DNA of 64,000 nt from a virus. A program made the translations under genes and the position numbers. Location of the stretch: positions 32,529 to 96,528 of the IMG/VR virus record IMGVR_UViG_3300045988_108820. The stretch is one strand, 5' to 3'. Below the pieces are notes generated by a model. That model had not been told where the DNA came from. It ran no database searches and worked only from the letters and a program-made list of their open reading frames with translations. Of the stretch, positions 1-6,098 are shown in pieces (positions within the stretch are counted from its first letter, which is position 1; each line of letters starts with the position of its first letter).

Positions 1-174
1 TGGGTGCTCAATTCCTACTACATCAAAGAATTTTTTATTAGTTGTATTAGGTTCATCTGAGGCTAAGAATGCTGAATGTGGAATAGCAATTACATGCCCA
101 TTAACTGTTACATTGGGAAGAATTAATGTAATTTTACTTCCATTCTCTAGAGTTTTAAATTTAAAATATTTCAT
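1..174 (-). CDS. hypothetical protein (partial; C-terminus runs off the left window edge)
   Basis: ATG at 174-172 (minus) opens a stop-free frame to position 1 (58 codons, MKYFKFKTLENGSK...). It is below the ORF-track length cut-off and co-oriented with the next gene. Confidence 0.3.
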   Translation of the reverse strand, partial: MKYFKFKTLENGSKITLILPNVTVNGHVIAIPHSAFLASDEPNTTNKKFFDVVGIEHP

Positions 175-192
175 AATCTTTTTAAATTAATT

Positions 193-636
193 TCACCATA
201 TATCCATTCGATAATTTCGAATTGTATAATAAAGGTTTTTACATTTTAGTTTATACACATCTCCTTTAAGCCACAGTTCCTTGCTCCATTCTTTTAAAAA
301 ATCACTTTGATCCAAAGGCATAAATCTGCCAATATTTTTAAGATTGACATATCGTGTGAATTTGTATTTAACAGGATGTATTGATATCATTTCCACATAG
401 TCAACCTCTTCAGACAATACTTTAAGTAGGTATTCACAGATACGTAAATCACGTAATACATTGTTTTCACTAGTCACGTTGTTACCACTACTCCACCATT
501 TTATCATTTTCTGAACTTTTCTAAGTTCAAGATGATAAAAGAATGTATAATCCCATTGTCTATCATTCCAAATTACTCTGAAATAATAGATAAGATTTCC
601 AATTCCTTGTTTGAATTTTCTATAATATTGTTTCAT
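193..636 (-). CDS. hypothetical protein (147 aa)
   Basis: ORF-track frame 193..678. The listed start is a GTG lying inside tRNA-Leu. The first ATG (MKQYYRKF...) is at 636, so the start is trimmed. No recognisable motif. Confidence 0.55.
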   Translation of the reverse strand: MKQYYRKFKQGIGNLIYYFRVIWNDRQWDYTFFYHLELRKVQKMIKWWSSGNNVTSENNVLRDLRICEYLLKVLSEEVDYVEMISIHPVKYKFTRYVNLKNIGRFMPLDQSDFLKEWSKELWLKGDVYKLKCKNLYYTIRNYRMDIW

Positions 637-651
637 TGTTAATTTAATTAG

Positions 652-735
652 TACAGGAAGTGGGACTTGAACCCACACGTTCTAATGAACATCAGAGCTT
701 AAATCTGAGGTGTCTACCAATTCCACCATTCCTGC
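652..735 (-). tRNA. tRNA-Leu(TAA), type II with long variable arm
   Basis: Hand-folded cloverleaf: acceptor GCAGGAA/TTCCTGT, anticodon stem TCAGA/TCTGA, loop TTTAAGC, variable hairpin GTTC-ATTA-GAAC, T arm GTGGG-TTCAAGT-CCCAC. Confidence 0.85.
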
Positions 736-761
736 AATACATAAAAATAAATAATAATTTG

Positions 762-832
762 AGTCATGTGTGGGAATTGAACCCACGAATCAACATTGGA
801 AGTGTTGCATTTTACCACTAAACTAACATGAC
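762..832 (-). tRNA. tRNA-Gly(TCC)
   Basis: Cloverleaf: acceptor GTCATGT/ACATGAC, anticodon stem CAACA/TGTTG, loop CTTCCAA, T arm GTGGG-TTCAATT-CCCAC. Length 71 nt. Confidence 0.9.
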
Positions 833-847
833 ATATAGTTAATAATG

Positions 848-878
848 CAAAGTTAATAATAATTTTATATGTAACAAA
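848..878 (-). promoter_or_regulatory. Bacteroidota-type promoter (TTTG-N19-TAACTTTG on minus strand)
   Basis: The reverse complement reads TTTG, 19 nt, TAACTTTG, just upstream of tRNA-Gly/tRNA-Leu and ORF 193..636. It matches the -33 TTTG / -7 TAnnTTTG consensus known for Bacteroides primary-sigma promoters. Confidence 0.5.
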
Positions 879-1034
879 GTTTTAATTGAAAAGCTTAAGT
901 AAATAAAGTAGAAAACCACTCTATCTTCACAGACCGAGTAGTACACATCATTGAAATATTTAAAAAACAAATGTATTAGATTTCTTTTATAACTAACATT
1001 TACACATAACTAAACTATAAATAACTTTTATTAG

Positions 1035-1105
1035 CTGATCTTATTGGAGTTGAACCAATATCTATAGTTTTGGAGACTATTGTTTTACCGTTAAACTAAA
1101 GACCA
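1035..1105 (-). tRNA. tRNA-Trp(CCA)
   Basis: Cloverleaf: acceptor TGGTCTT/AAGATCA (one G-U), anticodon stem ATAGT/ACTAT, loop CTCCAAA, T arm ATTGG-TTCAACT-CCAAT. Length 71 nt. Confidence 0.88.
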
Positions 1106-1369
1106 GTTAAATAGGACAACCACTTAACCTATTATGGTACGATAAGTTTTTTTAATTACTCGCAGGGACGTACTTTCAACTTAAACCCCGAAGTGGAAAT
1201 TTTTATTTAGTTTTTATAATAATTAGTAATAATTTCAAAATCCTTTAAATTACTATACCTGGCTTCTATAATAGTCATGCCAAAATACTTACTGAAATGT
1301 TTAGCGATTTTAATTGTTTCATAATAATTTAATTGATTTAGTTATTAATAAATGGTTAATTGTTTTGAG

Positions 1370-1443
1370 TACTCCTTGTAGGACTTGAACCTACGACTCC
1401 CAAGGTATAAGCTTGGTGCTCTAACCGACTGAACTAAAGGAGT
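1370..1443 (-). tRNA. tRNA-Ile(TAT), AUA-decoding
   Basis: Cloverleaf: acceptor ACTCCTT/AAGGAGT, D arm GTTC-AGTCGGTTA-GAGC, anticodon stem CCAAG/CTTGG, loop CTTATAC, T arm GTAGG-TTCAAGT-CCTAC. Length 74 nt. Confidence 0.88.
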
Positions 1444-1449
1444 AATTAT

Positions 1450-1508
1450 AAACCTCTCAAGAGTACTATTTTTAATAATTAATTTAACTATTAAAACTTG
1501 AGAGGTTT
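1450..1508. other. long inverted repeat / hairpin between ORF 1696..1890 and tRNA-Ile(TAT)
   Basis: AAACCTCTCAAG (1450-1461) pairs perfectly with CTTGAGAGGTTT (1497-1508). An inner TTTTAATA/TATTAAAA pairing extends the stem. No T-run follows on the minus strand. Confidence 0.4.
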
Positions 1509-1695
1509 AAGTCAAACAGAGATACAATTAATAAAAGAATTTAATAAGAATAAATTACAGCTCATCTACATCTATCTGTTGATTTTGATATTTTAAAGTA
1601 ATAAAATATCTCAGGGTTACTGACTTTTATTCACTACTATTAACCCTTTTTCGCTTAAATTCTTTTATCTTTAAAACTTTAGACTATTATTTCTA

Positions 1696-1890
1696 CTAAA
1701 GGTTGTCCCAGTAATGTTCATAATTACTATTTAATTCTTTCTCAATAAGTATAGCATCTTGAAGATAAGCTTTTAAAAATTGCGAACAATCATCAAATGA
1801 ATTAATATTTCCTTCAAATTCAATATTTAACCATTGTTCACAATATTTTATATCTTCTCTTTGCTTTTCTGTTGATTTAAGAAGTCTCAT
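1696..1890 (-). CDS. hypothetical protein (64 aa)
   Basis: ORF-track frame, co-oriented and only 5 nt downstream of the 1896..2204 gene. No motif recognised. Confidence 0.45.
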   Translation of the reverse strand: MRLLKSTEKQREDIKYCEQWLNIEFEGNINSFDDCSQFLKAYLQDAILIEKELNSNYEHYWDNL

Positions 1891-1895
1891 CGTAA

Positions 1896-2204
1896 TTATA
1901 ATTTTAATAACCTTTTAATTTTAGTCCATAATGAGCACTTTATAGATTTACTTTGTATGCCTTTGCCTGACTTTCTATTATTATAGATAGCATTTGGACT
2001 AACTACCATAAATGAAACTTTTAATTTTGAGGGATCTTTAGAAGGAGCTAGTACTTGATACCAATGTATTCTACAAGCAGCTTCTGTCCTATTTAGATCT
2101 TTACTTACTTCCCTAAAAGCTTTATTAATGTTTTGAGGATAGGCTTCTATAGCCTGGACTAAAACTTTGTTTTCCTCATCAGTCCAATACTTTCTTTTTG
2201 TCAT
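1896..2204 (-). CDS. Myb/SANT-like DNA-binding domain protein (102 aa)
   Basis: The N-terminus YWTDEENKVLVQAIEAYPQN...AFREVSKDLNRTEAACRIHWYQVL shows the W/aromatic spacing and acidic EE(N) patch typical of a single Myb/SANT repeat. Confidence 0.55.
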   Translation of the reverse strand: MTKRKYWTDEENKVLVQAIEAYPQNINKAFREVSKDLNRTEAACRIHWYQVLAPSKDPSKLKVSFMVVSPNAIYNNRKSGKGIQSKSIKCSLWTKIKRLLKL

Positions 2205-2240
2205 ACTTTATTACTTTGTTTCTTGTTTTTATTTATTTTG

Positions 2241-2312
2241 TACCCCTAGTAAGACTCGAACTTACATTTCAAGTTTAGGAAACTTGAGTTCTATCCTTTG
2301 AACTATAGGAGT
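2241..2312 (-). tRNA. tRNA-Arg(CCT)
   Basis: Cloverleaf: acceptor ACTCCTA/TAGGGGT (one U-G), anticodon stem CAAGT/ACTTG, loop TTCCTAA, T arm GTAAG-TTCGAGT-CTTAC. Length 72 nt. Confidence 0.85.
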
Positions 2313-2318
2313 TAATAG

Positions 2319-2392
2319 TCTTCCCAGTGAGACTCGAACTCACAACTTATGCTTTAGAAGAGCATTACTCTAATCCATTGAGTTATGGGAAG
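2319..2392 (-). tRNA. tRNA-Arg(TCT)
   Basis: Cloverleaf: acceptor CTTCCCA/TGGGAAG, anticodon stem ATGCT/AGCAT, loop CTTCTAA, T arm GTGAG-TTCGAGT-CTCAC. Length 74 nt. Confidence 0.9.
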
Positions 2393-2395
2393 ATA

Positions 2396-2510
2396 GTGCA
2401 GAGATTAGACTAAAAAATACTTAGTGCATTCTACTATGCTATCCATTCTATTGGCACAGGAGTTTGTCACCTGTTCTCTAAGTATTAGTTTTAGAAAAGA
2501 ATCTCTGCAC
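2396..2510 (-). ncRNA. candidate structured RNA (about 115 nt, nested helices) inside the tRNA array
   Basis: Outer 11-bp helix GTGCAGAGATT (2396-2406) / AATCTCTGCAC (2500-2510). Nested 9-bp helix AATACTTAG (2416-2424) / CTAAGTATT (2478-2486). Inner hairpins ACAGG..CCTGT and GCAT..ATGC. It starts 3 nt from the 5' end of tRNA-Arg(TCT) and has no T-loop, so it is not a tRNA. Confidence 0.35.
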
Positions 2511-2527
2511 ATGGCACGTGAATTTGT

Positions 2528-2557
2528 AATTTATAGGCAATACTAGACCTATAAATT
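2528..2557. other. perfect 10-bp hairpin in tRNA-array spacer
   Basis: AATTTATAGG (2528-2537) and CCTATAAATT (2548-2557) flank a 10-nt loop. Confidence 0.4.
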
Positions 2558-2641
2558 TTGGTTCTACCTTTTATTGTACAATTATTTTGATAGCCTGGAA
2601 TTATTTGGATTTGGTAATTATAGTATTCTATTCCACCCATG

Positions 2642-2715
2642 TGGGCTAGTAGAGGATTGAACTCTAAACCTTCACAGTATCAGTGTGATGCTCTAACCAA
2701 TTGAGCTACTAGCCT
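2642..2715 (-). tRNA. tRNA-Ile(GAT)
   Basis: Cloverleaf: D arm GCTC-AATTGGTTA-GAGC, anticodon stem TCACA/TGTGA, loop CTGATAC, T arm TAGAG-TTCAATC-CTCTA. Acceptor AGGCTAG/CTAGCCC has an A1-C72 mismatch. Confidence 0.8.
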
Positions 2716-2815
2716 ATAATGCTATTGTTTCACAACAACAGCATTAATAAAACAGTATTAACAACCAAAACAGTATTAATAAGACAAATTAACTTTAATG
2801 AAACCTACATAGATT

Positions 2816-3055
2816 CTATTCTTTATCTATTTTAAATAATTTATTGCATAAGTTAAAGCCTGAAATTATTTTGAGTTCAGGTTCAGTTATTAATAAAGCA
2901 CAAGCTAATATTAATAAAGTATCTAATACTACTGTACTTAAGAAAATAAAATATCCCTTGTCTGCTATACTATCTATACCACATATTGAAAACCATACTA
3001 CTAGTATAGTAATCCACAATAAGATACCTTTTACAATTAATTTAATTCTTTTCAT
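2816..3055 (-). CDS. small membrane protein (79 aa, two predicted TM segments)
   Basis: Hydrophobic stretches ILLWITILVVWFSICGI and FIFLSTVVLDTLLILACALLI. Its start overlaps the stop of the upstream lipoprotein gene by 14 nt. Confidence 0.5.
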   Translation of the reverse strand: MKRIKLIVKGILLWITILVVWFSICGIDSIADKGYFIFLSTVVLDTLLILACALLITEPELKIISGFNLCNKLFKIDKE

Positions 3056-3350
3056 TGCTCTTGAAGTTTAGTTCTTTGTGTATTTGTTCTTTTATTTCTT
3101 TTGAAAGATATTGTTTATAAATTTTTCCAGTCCTCTTTGATTTTTTATTTACATAGACTGCCCCACTATTAGTAATATAAATAGGGTATTTATTACCACT
3201 TTTATCTTCCCAAATATATTTAGTTTGTTGTCCTTCACTCTTTGTAGTTTGAGAAGTTACAACTTTAAAGGTATTACCTTCTCTTGTTACTTGAGCACAG
3301 CTTGTACAGCTTAATAAAGCTATAAACAAGCAGAAAATGAACTTTTTCAT
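3042..3350 (-). CDS. putative lipoprotein (102 aa)
   Basis: The N-terminus MKKFIFCLFIALLSC has a signal peptide with a lipobox-like LLSC. Confidence 0.6.
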   Translation of the reverse strand: MKKFIFCLFIALLSCTSCAQVTREGNTFKVVTSQTTKSEGQQTKYIWEDKSGNKYPIYITNSGAVYVNKKSKRTGKIYKQYLSKEIKEQIHKELNFKSNEKN

Positions 3351-3460
3351 TGTTTATTTTGTTTATTTTGTATTATATACTTTATAAATATTACATAAGC
3401 TAACCATAATACTGCTATTTCTATTAATCCTAATATAGATTTTTGAAGTAAATAAATCAT
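3347..3460 (-). CDS. small single-pass membrane peptide (37 aa)
   Basis: Not in the ORF track (below the length cut-off). Sequence MIYLLQKSILGLIEIAVLWLAYVIFIKYIIQNKQNKQ. Its stop overlaps the lipoprotein start as ATGA, suggesting translational coupling. Confidence 0.35.
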   Translation of the reverse strand: MIYLLQKSILGLIEIAVLWLAYVIFIKYIIQNKQNKQ

Positions 3461-3544
3461 AATTTTAATTTTTTAAATCAGTAGAAATAGTTATATATTA
3501 TTATTTTTACAAAGTTCTTGCAAAGGAAAAAGATAGATTGGAAT

Positions 3545-3589
3545 GGGAAAGATGATAGTTTATAAAATTTGCTTGACTATCATCTTCCC
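3545..3589 (-). terminator. hairpin downstream of 3601..3912 gene
   Basis: GGGAAAGATGATAGT (3545-3559) pairs with ACTATCATCTTCCC (3576-3589) with one bulge, 12 nt after the stop. No clear T-run, so the call is tentative. Confidence 0.4.
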
Positions 3590-3600
3590 AATATCAAATC

Positions 3601-3912
3601 TTAGAGACCAAGGTCTACATCTTCCCAAGAGCTATTACCTGGTTTGCAAAGCTTGAAGGTTCCTGACTCAAGCTCAACAACTTGCAAGCTGTCTTTCTGA
3701 GTAGCAATTTGCTGAGGTGTAAGCTCTCCAAGGTTAGAGCTGAAAGCTACAAGAGTAGTAACACCTTCAGAATTAACAAAGGCACAAGACTTGAAAGGTT
3801 CACCAGTTTCCCTGTTTACAAAAGGAGCAACCTTCATCTTACCATGTGCTCTTGCAAAAGAAATCAAAGACCAAGAATTCTTAATACCTACATTCTGTGC
3901 TGTATTAGCCAT
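3601..3912 (-). CDS. early-cassette protein, paralogue A (103 aa), unknown function
   Basis: Identical to the 4760..5071 product at 76 of 103 positions (hand alignment). G+C is visibly higher than in surrounding genes. It has its own upstream conserved element and a downstream hairpin. Confidence 0.7.
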   Translation of the reverse strand: MANTAQNVGIKNSWSLISFARAHGKMKVAPFVNRETGEPFKSCAFVNSEGVTTLVAFSSNLGELTPQQIATQKDSLQVVELESGTFKLCKPGNSSWEDVDLGL

Positions 3913-4022
3913 AATAAACTATCCATTTCAGGACTACTGCATAAATTAAAGTATTATGCTACCTAGCTGCATTACTAAATTAGATCATCAGAGACAGCTA
4001 ACTTCTGATTAATCTTTTTCTA

Positions 4023-4055
4023 TCAAAATATAGGTGGAGTTCTGTTTAGATTAGA
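4023..4055 (-). promoter_or_regulatory. conserved early-cassette upstream element, copy 1
   Basis: The minus strand reads TCTAATCTAAACAGAACTCCACCTATATTTTGA, ending 110 nt upstream of the ATG at 3912. It aligns with copies at 4688-4719 and 5166-5199. Confidence 0.5.
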
Positions 4056-4332
4056 ACTTAACACAATATAAACTTATCACACTAAGCTATTGTTATGATT
4101 AGATTAGTTTAGTGTTAAATTACTAACACTATTAATATGGCATAACTTTTCTATTCTATGCAATAGTTTACATGATTTAAACCTAACAATATTGCTCTAA
4201 GAAAGAAAAGAACCAAAAGAAAGAAACTATTATTTATTATTAATTTATATATTCCTAAAAGAAAGAAATATATAAAGAAAGAAAAGGGTTTAAAAATAGT
4301 GTAAAGTTTGCACTCTACACTATTTGTATTTA

Positions 4333-4632
4333 TCACTCACCTTTCAAGGTTGCAATGAGTTCATTCCTTACATAGTTTGGCATCATTATGCAAGGGAAAC
4401 TATCATTAAAGCTCATAGGACTCTCTACAACATGGAGGTCAAAGAAGCCCCTAGCACTAGAAGAAATAGATATAGGAGTATTATCTCTTATAATTCCAAA
4501 TTCTTCATAAGTAAGGTCTGTCTTAGTTATTTCAAGAACATCACCTTGAAACATAATAGTATCAAAAAGATAATTTACAAGTTCATTACATACAAACTCT
4601 ATAAGTTCATCACAGCTGTTCAAGACTCTCAT
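4333..4632 (-). CDS. small acidic protein (99 aa), unknown function
   Basis: The ORF-track start at 4653 is GTG and the first ATG is at 4632 (MRVLNSCDELIEF...). Hand count gives 16 D/E against 6 K/R. It is preceded by conserved element copy 2. The plus-strand ORF 4324..4644 is its antisense shadow. Confidence 0.5.
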   Translation of the reverse strand: MRVLNSCDELIEFVCNELVNYLFDTIMFQGDVLEITKTDLTYEEFGIIRDNTPISISSSARGFFDLHVVESPMSFNDSFPCIMMPNYVRNELIATLKGE

Positions 4633-4687
4633 AGTAAAGTATAGTTTCCACACTAGAGCAAACTAAAAAAGCTTTAAGTTATTTATA

Positions 4688-4719
4688 TCAAATTATAGGT
4701 GGAGTGTTGTTTGATTAGA
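4688..4719 (-). promoter_or_regulatory. conserved early-cassette upstream element, copy 2
   Basis: The minus strand reads TCTAATCAAACAACACTCCACCTATAATTTGA, about 55 nt upstream of the ATG at 4632 and directly after the hairpin plus T-run that ends the 4760..5071 unit. Confidence 0.5.
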
Positions 4720-4721
4720 TA

Positions 4722-4748
4722 AATAAAAAGAGAGGAGCTAAGCTCCCC
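4722..4748 (-). terminator. short hairpin plus T-run after 4760..5071 gene
   Basis: The minus strand shows GGAGC-TTA-GCTCC followed by TCTCTTTTTATTT. The stem is only 5 bp. Confidence 0.4.
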
Positions 4749-4759
4749 TCCCATCACTC

Positions 4760-5071
4760 TCAGAGTCCAAGGTCTACATCCTCCCAAGTGTCATGACCTG
4801 CCTTGCACAACTTGAAGTGTCCATTCTCCAGCTCAACCACTTGAAGTTCATCCTTCTGTGCTGCAATCTCTGCTGGAGTTAACTCACCAAGATTGCTACT
4901 AAAGGCTACCAAAGTTGTTACTTCATCAGAGTCAATGAATACACAACTCTTGAAATGCTCTCTGGTTTGCTTGTTGATGAATGGAGCTACTTTCATTCTG
5001 CCGTGAGTTTTAGCAAATGAGATTAATGACCGTGAGTTCTTGATACCTACTTCTGTTGCTGTTGTTGCCAT
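4760..5071 (-). CDS. early-cassette protein, paralogue B (103 aa), unknown function
   Basis: Paralogue of 3601..3912 (76 of 103 identical). A rough hand count over about 190 nt gives about 44% G+C against about 30% for typical neighbouring genes. Confidence 0.7.
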   Translation of the reverse strand: MATTATEVGIKNSRSLISFAKTHGRMKVAPFINKQTREHFKSCVFIDSDEVTTLVAFSSNLGELTPAEIAAQKDELQVVELENGHFKLCKAGHDTWEDVDLGL

Positions 5072-5165
5072 AATTATACATTTTAAGGGTTAATAATCAA
5101 AAGTATGTAAGAGTCATGCTAAGATTAGATACCTCAGCAAAGACCCCAGGGGATTATCCCCATTT

Positions 5166-5199
5166 CCAAAAGCTGGGTGGGGTGCTGTTGTAGATTATA
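5166..5199 (-). promoter_or_regulatory. conserved early-cassette upstream element, copy 3
   Basis: The minus strand reads TATAATCTACAACAGCACCCCACCCAGCTTTTGG, preceded by GTGTGG (an extended -10-like TGGTATAAT), ending 94 nt upstream of the ATG at 5071. Confidence 0.5.
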
Positions 5200-5250
5200 C
5201 CACACTCCTACACATCAAATAAAAAAAAATAAAAAAAATTTCAAAAAAAA

Positions 5251-5282
5251 TTTGGTAATTACAAAAATTATCTATAACTTTG
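5251..5282 (+). promoter_or_regulatory. Bacteroidota-type promoter (TTTG-N20-TAACTTTG) heading the rightward block
   Basis: TTTG at 5251-5254 and TAACTTTG at 5275-5282. It sits next to the poly(A) tracts and upstream of the plus-strand tRNA array. Confidence 0.55.
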
Positions 5283-5421
5283 CATAGTTAATTAATAATA
5301 ATAGTCCCAACTATTAATAGTAATAACACTTAATGGGGCTTTAACCTTTCTGAGAGGTTGATGTTGTTTGTTGTTTGTGTTAATTAAACCTCCTTAATCT
5401 GGGAAGATGGAAGAGGTACAT

Positions 5422-5493
5422 GGAGCCATCATCTAATGGTTAGGATACAAGATTTTCAACCTTGAAATAGGGGTTCAATTCCCCTTGGCTCTT
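5422..5493 (+). tRNA. tRNA-Glu(TTC)
   Basis: Cloverleaf: acceptor GGAGCCA/TGGCTCT (G1-U72), anticodon stem CAAGA/CCTTG (31-39 A-C mismatch), loop TTTTCAA, 4-nt variable loop, T arm AGGGG-TTCAATT-CCCCT. Confidence 0.8.
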
Positions 5494-5497
5494 CAAT

Positions 5498-5571
5498 AGA
5501 CTATGAAGTGTAATGGTTTTGCATACCACACTGTCAATGTGGTGGATGGGGTTCAATTCCCCCATAGTCTG
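5498..5571 (+). tRNA. tRNA-Asp(GTC)
   Basis: Anticodon stem CCACA/TGTGG, loop CTGTCAA, T loop TTCAATT between G and C runs, acceptor AGACTAT/ATAGTCT. The D-arm register is ambiguous by 1 nt, so the ends are accurate to about 1 nt. Confidence 0.75.
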
Positions 5572-5573
5572 CT

Positions 5574-5768
5574 ATGATAAAAATATTAAGAAAGGAGGGT
5601 TGGATATTAAACCCTAATGATAAAATAGTAAATGCTATTTTAAAAAGAGTAGAATTAAATAATGGAGAGTGTCCTTGTCAAAATGATAGTAGTGATAAGC
5701 ATTGTCCATGTACAGATTATAGAGATAAAAACTTATGTCATTGTAATCTCTATATCAAGTCAGAGTAA
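5574..5768 (+). CDS. ferredoxin-thioredoxin reductase catalytic-subunit-like Cys-rich protein (64 aa)
   Basis: It carries CPC-x8-CPC-x8-CHC (ECPCQNDSSDKHCPCTDYRDKNLCHCNLYI). This aligns with the CPC...CPC...CHC(M)L(F/Y) signature of FTR catalytic chains. The N-terminal LNPNDKIV..ILKRV also resembles the FTR lead-in. Confidence 0.55.
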   Translation: MIKILRKEGWILNPNDKIVNAILKRVELNNGECPCQNDSSDKHCPCTDYRDKNLCHCNLYIKSE

Positions 5769-5790
5769 TATCTACTCTAGAACTAACTAA

Positions 5791-5863
5791 GGGGTGAGTG
5801 ATGTAATTGGTAACATACTTCCTTTGCAAGGAAGAATTAAGGGTTCAAATCCCTCTTGCTCCA
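5791..5863 (+). tRNA. tRNA-Ala(TGC)
   Basis: Acceptor GGGGTGA/TTGCTCC with the G3-U70 alanine identity pair. Anticodon stem CTTCC/GGAAG, loop TTTGCAA, T arm AAGGG-TTCAAAT-CCCTC. The D-arm register is ambiguous by 1 nt. Confidence 0.8.
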
Positions 5864-6025
5864 CAATATTAACTATAATTTATTAATATGAAAAAGATTT
5901 TATCTTTATTTAAAAGGGGACTTAATGCCTATTTAAATGCATTAGCTAAATGTCCTTATGTACCGTCAGGAACTATCCCAATGGGAGTTTAGTTCCTTTA
6001 ATTTAGAATTAATACTATAATATAT

Positions 6026-6098
6026 TGGCATATAGTATAAAGGTTTATTACGATTGACTGTTAATCAATGAATCAAGGTTCGAGTCCTTGTATGCCAG
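6026..6098 (+). tRNA. tRNA-Asn(GTT)
   Basis: Cloverleaf: acceptor TGGCATA/TATGCCA, anticodon stem ATTGA/TCAAT, loop CTGTTAA, T arm CAAGG-TTCGAGT-CCTTG. Length 73 nt. Confidence 0.88.

Noticed and set aside
193-678. N-terminal extension of the 161-aa ORF-track frame (MWVQVPLPVLIKLT...)
   Set aside because: The listed start is a GTG located inside tRNA-Leu(TAA) at 652-735. The first ATG at 636 gives a non-overlapping gene.
2844-3071. Plus-strand 75-aa ORF
   Set aside because: It is antisense to the better-supported minus-strand membrane and lipoprotein gene pair. It lies in a purely minus-strand block and has no promoter or terminator context.
3682-3966. Plus-strand 94-aa ORF
   Set aside because: It is the antisense shadow of the conserved 103-aa paralogue gene. 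The paralogue at 4760..5071 has no equivalent antisense frame.
4151-4336. Minus-strand 61-aa ORF (F/L/I-rich)
   Set aside because: The frame is low-complexity and AT-driven, has no start context and runs into the stop of the upstream gene. A small membrane peptide cannot be fully excluded.
4324-4644. Plus-strand 106-aa ORF
   Set aside because: It is the mirror image of the minus-strand frame 4333..4632. The minus frame matches the strand of all neighbours, has the conserved upstream element and has a more protein-like composition.
5422-5493. Reading the tRNA-Glu anticodon loop as a TCA (opal suppressor) anticodon
   Set aside because: That reading needs a non-standard loop register. The standard 7-nt loop TTTTCAA places TTC at positions 34-36, and the 4-nt variable loop fits tRNA-Glu.
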